Shown here one piece after another: positions 59,848 through 64,000 of a stretch of 64,000 nt of DNA. Location of the stretch: NCBI GenBank assembly GCA_964188305.1, contig OZ076892.1; one strand, given 5' to 3'. The DNA is from Podarcis bocagei. Lineage: Eukaryota. The position numbers and the translations under genes are program-made. Below the pieces are notes generated by a model. It searched no databases. It saw only the letters and a program-made list of their open reading frames with translations, and was not told where the DNA came from. Position 1 is the first letter of the stretch. Every line of letters begins with the position of its first letter.

Positions 59848-62800
59848 GAGGAGCAAGGGCCTTCAGCAAATGGCAAATGCAAGTCAGGAGGGGTACCTGG
59901 TTATTTCTCAGACACGCCTTCAGGGAAGGGCATTACAACTTCCCCTAATTCCAAAAAAGCACAATACTCTTTCATGATTAAGCAAATGATGTAGTATGAA
60001 GAGTCATAATTGTGCTGTCCATGGAGCTTTTGAGCGAAACAATCATGTTACCACCATAAGCCTAGGATTGTGCATTAAGGCCTCTTCTTCTTCCACAGAC
60101 AGGTCAGGATCTATTGCAATAATACACCCCAAGACAGAATGTCCCAGGACAGCCGCCCAGGTTCATTGCGCCAGCAGATTCCAGGAACACACAGAAGGTG
60201 TAGTAGCACATAAGATACCAAAGGCTGTACGGCAAAGACAATTCCAGTGAAAGGCGGGGGTGGGGGCTGAAGGAACACCATGAGTGGTAATGATCATGAT
60301 AATATAGTACGAGACACCAAGAAAGGCCACAACAGTGAGCTTCAAAGGCAACACTGCCAAGAGAGCACTGAACAGAATGCACTACATCCATAGCAAGAGG
60401 GGCAACAGCACTGTCAGTGCTCCTGTTCTCAGCAGGGAGGGGCTCCTAAAAACCTACAAAAAGGCAGACTTTCTCTCCAAGTTGGCATGTGCAATTTTCA
60501 CACAACATTTGTGCTTACTCCAGTTTAAGAATGATAGTCATAATCCTGAGGCGGGTAGATGCTCTCCAGGCAAAGACAGCTGAACCAAGAAAGGTGACTT
60601 GTAGATGAACAATGAAATTCAATGTGCCATTTACCGCTGCATTTGCATCACAGAAGACTTCCTACCTTCAACATGCCTCCTCACTGTCCATACAGCATTG
60701 GGGTTACCAGGCAACTCTGAGACGGCCATTTCAGATACCTAGAGAAAGACATATTTTATTAATGCTAAAAAGCTTAAAACAGAGCTTTTCTCCACCAAAT
60801 AAAAAGGACCTAATTATTACTATTACACAGGAGAAAACAAAAGAATTATTCTGTCCTTCAACCACTATAAAAATGCTTTACACTGAACCCAACCACTGGA
60901 AAATCTAGCTCAGTATATTTCTCCAAAATCCTTTTTAAGCAGGAGATTCCAGTGATTGAACCGAATACCTTCTTCACCCAATGCACATGCTATTTATGAC
61001 TTCTTATCACATTCTCACACAGTGCAGCAAAGGTGATTCACCTACCTGGCTCTAAAATCCAAACAAACTGTGAGATCAGTTAGGCTGACATTCTAGCCCA
61101 GGCATAGTCAAACTCGGCCCGCCAGATGTTTTGGGATTACAACTCCCATCATCCCTAGCTAACAGGACCAGTGGTCAGGGATGATGGGAACTGTAGTCAA
61201 AACATCTGGAGGGCCGAGTTTGCCTATGCCTGTTCTAGCTCTATTCAGGCATTACAATTTTCAATCCAAGCACACGGGTCAGCTTTCCCCGTACATGAAA
61301 CGGCTTTGCACATTATTATTAACATTTATATACCGCTCTATACCCACAGGTCTCAGGGCCCTCCATGTTCAGTAACATTGCTTTTCCAGGGCTGACAATT
61401 GCAAGGAGGCTTACAACTACCCTTGAAACCTTCCCACTCAATGTAGGGTCAGCATGTTAGGAGTTGACAGGAGACAGGGATGGTGAGCATGGCCCCACAC
61501 ACTCCTCACATTCTGATTTTTGTTTAGGCATAATGCAGTGCCTAGCCCCGTGTGAGCCCATGAGATTCACAGCTGAGTGTTCCCAGCCCCCACCTGAACC
61601 ACTCCACCACACTGGCTCTCCATCCTCCATCTTGACTACATTCAGACTGGGATAGAGGCCTATCCCAGCCCTGCCATCCAAATCCTTTAACAGGAGACAC
61701 TAGGGGCTGAACCCAGGAACTTTTGCAGAGCATGCAGTCGATCAGGACATATCCAGGGCAGCCCTAAACCACCCATCACAAGGTCCCTCAGCTTCAGAAT
61801 ACACCAGTGAATCCATTCTCATCTAACAAAAAAGGTTTCACCTAAGAGGAAGATCCAGAATGGCTTTGCTCTTCATGTCCTGCCCTTCTTACCTCAAGTC
61901 CATGTCTAAGGACCCTCAGTGACGACCGAGGCCCCCTCCCACAGGCCACATATAACTGAGGGGTGTCTTCATTAGCCAGATCAGCTATCTGCACAGAAAG
62001 CAGCCAAGATGCAGGGAAAAGAGAGGAAAAGTGACAGGTTGTTCGATTAAGATCAGTTATCACTTTCAAAGCATCATAAATAGAGCTACAACATTTTACT
62101 CCCATTTGCATATGTGATTGCGGCAAAGGTTCCCACATTTGCCACTTGATAAACTGGTAATCTGCGTTAATAACTAATGGCAAATGACATCAAGTGGGGA
62201 AGATATTCCCCTGAATTAGTCTCACGATTGGAGCAAACTTTTATGGAAGAGCTCATCTTCCAACCTTTTACTCCATGTTTTTCAGATTTCAACTTTTCGG
62301 ATTTCCCTTCAAAATTATATCTAGGCTTTTTTTAATATATATATTCATTAAATTTTCAACAAAAATAACAAACAACAACACAATAACAACCACAAAGAAA
62401 ATATATAAACAATATCAAATCCATAAAGTGGGATTCTCTGAACCCATGACTCTCCCACCCCGTTCCTTTAGTTTTCTTTTCAGCTGCATTATCATCTCTA
62501 CTCCAAATTATTATTTTTTACCTCAGATTTCCTGTACTATTTCTTTAATTTCAAGTATTTTTAAAATCCTGCCAATGTATTAACCTGTTTACAATACTTT
62601 TGCAAATACATAATAAACATTTCCCATTCTTTTTTAAATTTCTTGTTGTCTTGATTTCTGAGCTTTCCAGTTAGTTTTACATTTCAGCATAGTCCATTAA
62701 CTTTGGTTTGCCAATTATGTAGGTTTTTTGAAAGGCTTGCAGTTTTGTGAGGTATTTTAAAGTATTAATTTACATTTTGGTGTTTTGTATAAAATTACCT

Positions 62801-63720
62801 TTTTATAAATCAGGTGCCGCAAGTGGCTCCCCCAAAGGGTTTTTGTTTCCACTCAAGACCTCCAATATTTTAGGCCTTTTTTAAAAAAAAAACAACCTAC
62901 TGCTTCCATAGACCCCCCCACTGTCATGCAGGATTGGCAAAAAAAATGTGGCCTTCAAGCCATCCCTCTCCCAAATTTCACCTTTAAAAAAAAATTAAAA
63001 TTCTGACTGCTCCCACTGGGAGTGGGCTCTCTCCTGACAAAATTCCCTCCCTTCAGATAGTCACTTCTGTAAAAATGCTGCAAAATGACCTACAGCTGGC
63101 ACAATTTAAGAAAATAATATGCTAGCCCACTTTGCAAACTATTGGGGGCGCATAAAGTGTTAAGTCCTGGGCCCCTAACAAATCCTGTGCAAAATTAAAA
63201 GTGGCAAAATTCAGAAGAGTGCAGTGCACTGGATACAACTCCCACCAAGTCAGACACTCTCTCATAGGGGTATCACCTCCTAACTTACAACCCAAAGTAG
63301 CAGCTGTGAAAATAAATGGTGGGAAGAGGAGGGACAGGCATGTTGCGCTAAGCAACTCTGAGGAAAAGTGAAATACAAACATGACAAAGAACTAACTCAC
63401 CCGCTTTGCGTTTCTGATCTAAAAGAGTTTTGGAGACTTATACCATTTTTGGAATTATTCTCAAGGTCTAGTGGGCTATGCAATGTCCAGCATCAGAGGT
63501 CAGCACAGAACCCAGCAGCTTGTCACAAGCTATGGGACAAAGCACACAGCGTACCTGACAACACAAGATGGGAGACAGGCTGTCCAGTTCATCCACCAGC
63601 ACCAAGTTCTTGAGAGGCCGAGGCTGGAAAAAGAATGTGTCTCCTTCCTCCAACGGCATGGCAGAGGAGAACTCTGGCTCCTCATCATCATCCCCCAGAT
63701 GAGCAATCTGATAGAGGTAG
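40620..63720 (-). CDS. SF3B3: Splicing factor 3B subunit 3 (SAP130); spliced CDS span, exons 9-26, 5'-partial
   Basis: 18 AG/GT-bounded exons join in frame from [40 protein letters not shown]... to ...[17 protein letters not shown]; near-identical to vertebrate SF3B3. Confidence 0.98.
41715..41819 (-). CDS. SF3B3: SF3B3 exon 25 (105 nt)
   Basis: [35 protein letters not shown]; AG/GT bounded. Confidence 0.96.
41968..42220. mobile_element. hAT (Charlie-like) MITE, 253 bp
   Basis: TIRs caggggtaggcaacc / ggttgctaacccctg; 8-bp TSD tcttagag / tcctagag. Confidence 0.9.
42250..42900 (-). mobile_element. Non-LTR retrotransposon ORF2 internal fragment (start of RT domain), disrupted
   Basis: [11 protein letters not shown]...[44 protein letters not shown]......[13 protein letters not shown]; in-frame stop; clade not determined. 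Confidence 0.85.
43284..43427 (-). CDS. SF3B3: SF3B3 exon 24 (144 nt)
   Basis: [48 protein letters not shown]. Confidence 0.96.
43898..44122. mobile_element. Tc1/mariner (Tigger-like) MITE
   Basis: TIRs cagtggtaccttgggtta / taacccgaggtaccactg; TA on the right flank, CA on the left; internal cttcaggtta repeats. Confidence 0.88.
44747..44845 (-). CDS. SF3B3: SF3B3 exon 23 (99 nt)
   Basis: [33 protein letters not shown]. Confidence 0.96.
45518..45730 (-). CDS. SF3B3: SF3B3 exon 22 (213 nt)
   Basis: [71 protein letters not shown]. Confidence 0.96.
46097..46190. mobile_element. Degenerate hairpin MITE
   Basis: aactacaaatcccatca ... tgatgagagttgtagtccaaaacatttggaggg. Confidence 0.7.
46585..46710 (-). 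CDS. SF3B3: SF3B3 exon 21 (126 nt)
   Basis: [42 protein letters not shown]. Confidence 0.96.
47512..47668 (-). CDS. SF3B3: SF3B3 exon 20 (157 nt)
   Basis: [52 protein letters not shown]. Confidence 0.96.
48134..48339 (-). CDS. SF3B3: SF3B3 exon 19 (206 nt)
   Basis: [68 protein letters not shown](S). Confidence 0.96.
48372..48636 (-). mobile_element. CR1-type LINE 3' fragment
   Basis: taagaactgcctgctggttcaggccaaag...ctccatgaatttgtttaatgctcttttaaagccatccaagttggtggccatcac; reverse reads [18 protein letters not shown]. Confidence 0.78.
48870..49044 (-). CDS. SF3B3: SF3B3 exon 18 (175 nt)
   Basis: [58 protein letters not shown]. Confidence 0.96.
49675..49829 (-). CDS. SF3B3: SF3B3 exon 17 (155 nt)
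   Basis: [51 protein letters not shown](R). Confidence 0.96.
50534..50656 (-). CDS. SF3B3: SF3B3 exon 16 (123 nt)
   Basis: [41 protein letters not shown]. Confidence 0.96.
51262..51405 (-). CDS. SF3B3: SF3B3 exon 15 (144 nt)
   Basis: [48 protein letters not shown]. Confidence 0.96.
51766..51897. mobile_element. Degenerate hairpin MITE
   Basis: tacaactcccataatcctcagcc ... ggctgtggtgagttgtagt...caccaggttggagaaagct. Confidence 0.65.
52428..52583 (-). CDS. SF3B3: SF3B3 exon 14 (156 nt)
   Basis: [52 protein letters not shown]. Confidence 0.96.
52998..53153 (-). CDS. SF3B3: SF3B3 exon 13 (156 nt)
   Basis: [52 protein letters not shown]. Confidence 0.96.
53960..54111 (-). CDS. SF3B3: SF3B3 exon 12 (152 nt)
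   Basis: (D)[50 protein letters not shown]. Confidence 0.96.
55127..55874 (+). mobile_element. Young 5'-truncated L2-clade LINE: open ORF2 C-terminus to 55679, 3'UTR, (TAT)n tail
   Basis: Uninterrupted ORF with [64 protein letters not shown], typical of L2; CpG-rich; antisense to SF3B3. Confidence 0.93.
58488..58631 (-). other. Candidate poison (PTC) cassette exon in SF3B3 intron 11
   Basis: Acceptor ccttcttttttcttccacag, upstream ctaac, donors cag|gtgtgt (36 nt) or tat|gtaaga (144 nt), in-frame TGA at 58609-58611. Confidence 0.45.
59812..59841. repeat. (AC)n microsatellite
   Basis: Direct reading. Confidence 0.93.
60666..60738 (-). CDS. SF3B3: SF3B3 exon 11 (73 nt)
   Basis: [24 protein letters not shown](D); absent from the ORF track, read directly from the sequence. 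Confidence 0.96.
61099..61232. mobile_element. hAT MITE, same family as 20585-20720
   Basis: TIRs caggcatagtcaaactcggccc / gggccgagtttgcctatgcctg; TSD ttctagcc / ttctagct. Confidence 0.92.
61893..61988 (-). CDS. SF3B3: SF3B3 exon 10 (96 nt)
   Basis: [32 protein letters not shown]. Confidence 0.96.
62320..62720 (-). mobile_element. L1/Tx1-like LINE 3' end (AT-rich)
   Basis: Reverse strand reads [30 protein letters not shown], resembling an L1-type ORF2 C-terminus, then an AT-rich UTR and A-rich tail. Confidence 0.6.
63555..63720 (-). CDS. SF3B3: SF3B3 exon 9 (166 nt)
   Basis: (H)[55 protein letters not shown]. Confidence 0.96.
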
Positions 63721-63901
63721 CTGCAAAGAGAAGAGGGCCACTTCTGATGAAACTGGACCGTTTCCTCCCCACCCCAAGCTTTGCTATTTCAATTATGTCC
63801 AAGATGTAGGGCTGCTTGCTGGAGAAAACACTTTGAGGACAAAGGAGAGTAGCTGCGGGGCCAAGTTTAAGATACATCTTCACTTCCTTATTTGTCTATC
63901 T

Positions 63902-64000
63902 CAGGAGTTGTCAACCTGGTCCCTACCGCCCACTAGTGGGCGTTTCAGGATTGTAGGTGGGCAATAGGGGGTTCTACGGCACAAACTGAATCCTCCCTCC
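63902..64000. mobile_element. Probable hAT element end, cut by the window edge
   Basis: Begins caggagttgtcaacctggtccc, a hAT-like terminus; CpG-rich; second end not visible. Confidence 0.5.

Noticed and set aside
54112-64000. SNORD111/SNORD111B, C/D snoRNAs hosted by human SF3B3
   Set aside because: I found no C box, guide and D box arrangement on the minus strand (GTGATGA at 54225-54231 has no suitable D box). The host introns are probably upstream of the window.
1-64000. CRISPR arrays, operons or prokaryotic systems
   Set aside because: Spliced vertebrate DNA; the recurring short inverted repeats are MITEs, not repeat-spacer arrays.

Overview
Vertebrate nuclear DNA. The repeat content (hAT and Tc1/mariner MITEs, CR1, L2, RTE and L1 LINE fragments, tRNA- and 5S-derived SINE pieces) points to a squamate, probably a lacertid lizard; the taxon is an inference. 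Two spliced genes lie tail to tail. MTSS2 (MTSS1L/ABBA, I-BAR/IMD plus WH2 protein) is on + with coding exons 2-15 (377-33919; exon 1 is upstream of the window) and a ~3.8 kb 3'UTR ending near AATAAA 37707. SF3B3 (SAP130, U2 snRNP) is on - with 18 coding exons (63720-40620; the 5' exons are beyond the window) and a polyA signal at 40080-40085. All exon boundaries were read as AG/GT with consistent phases. Exon numbering and reference proteins are recalled from the human orthologues, not searched. Main observations: (1) only ~2.3 kb separates the two 3' ends, where IL34 sits in human, and a frameshifted IL34 exon-5-like relic appears on the expected strand at 38979-39106; (2) a candidate stop-containing poison exon in the long SF3B3 intron 11; (3) several candidate alternative splice events in MTSS2, including a 9-nt microexon and a 45-nt donor extension that restores an MTSS1-like segment. 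Most ORFs in the supplied track are spurious intronic or antisense frames.
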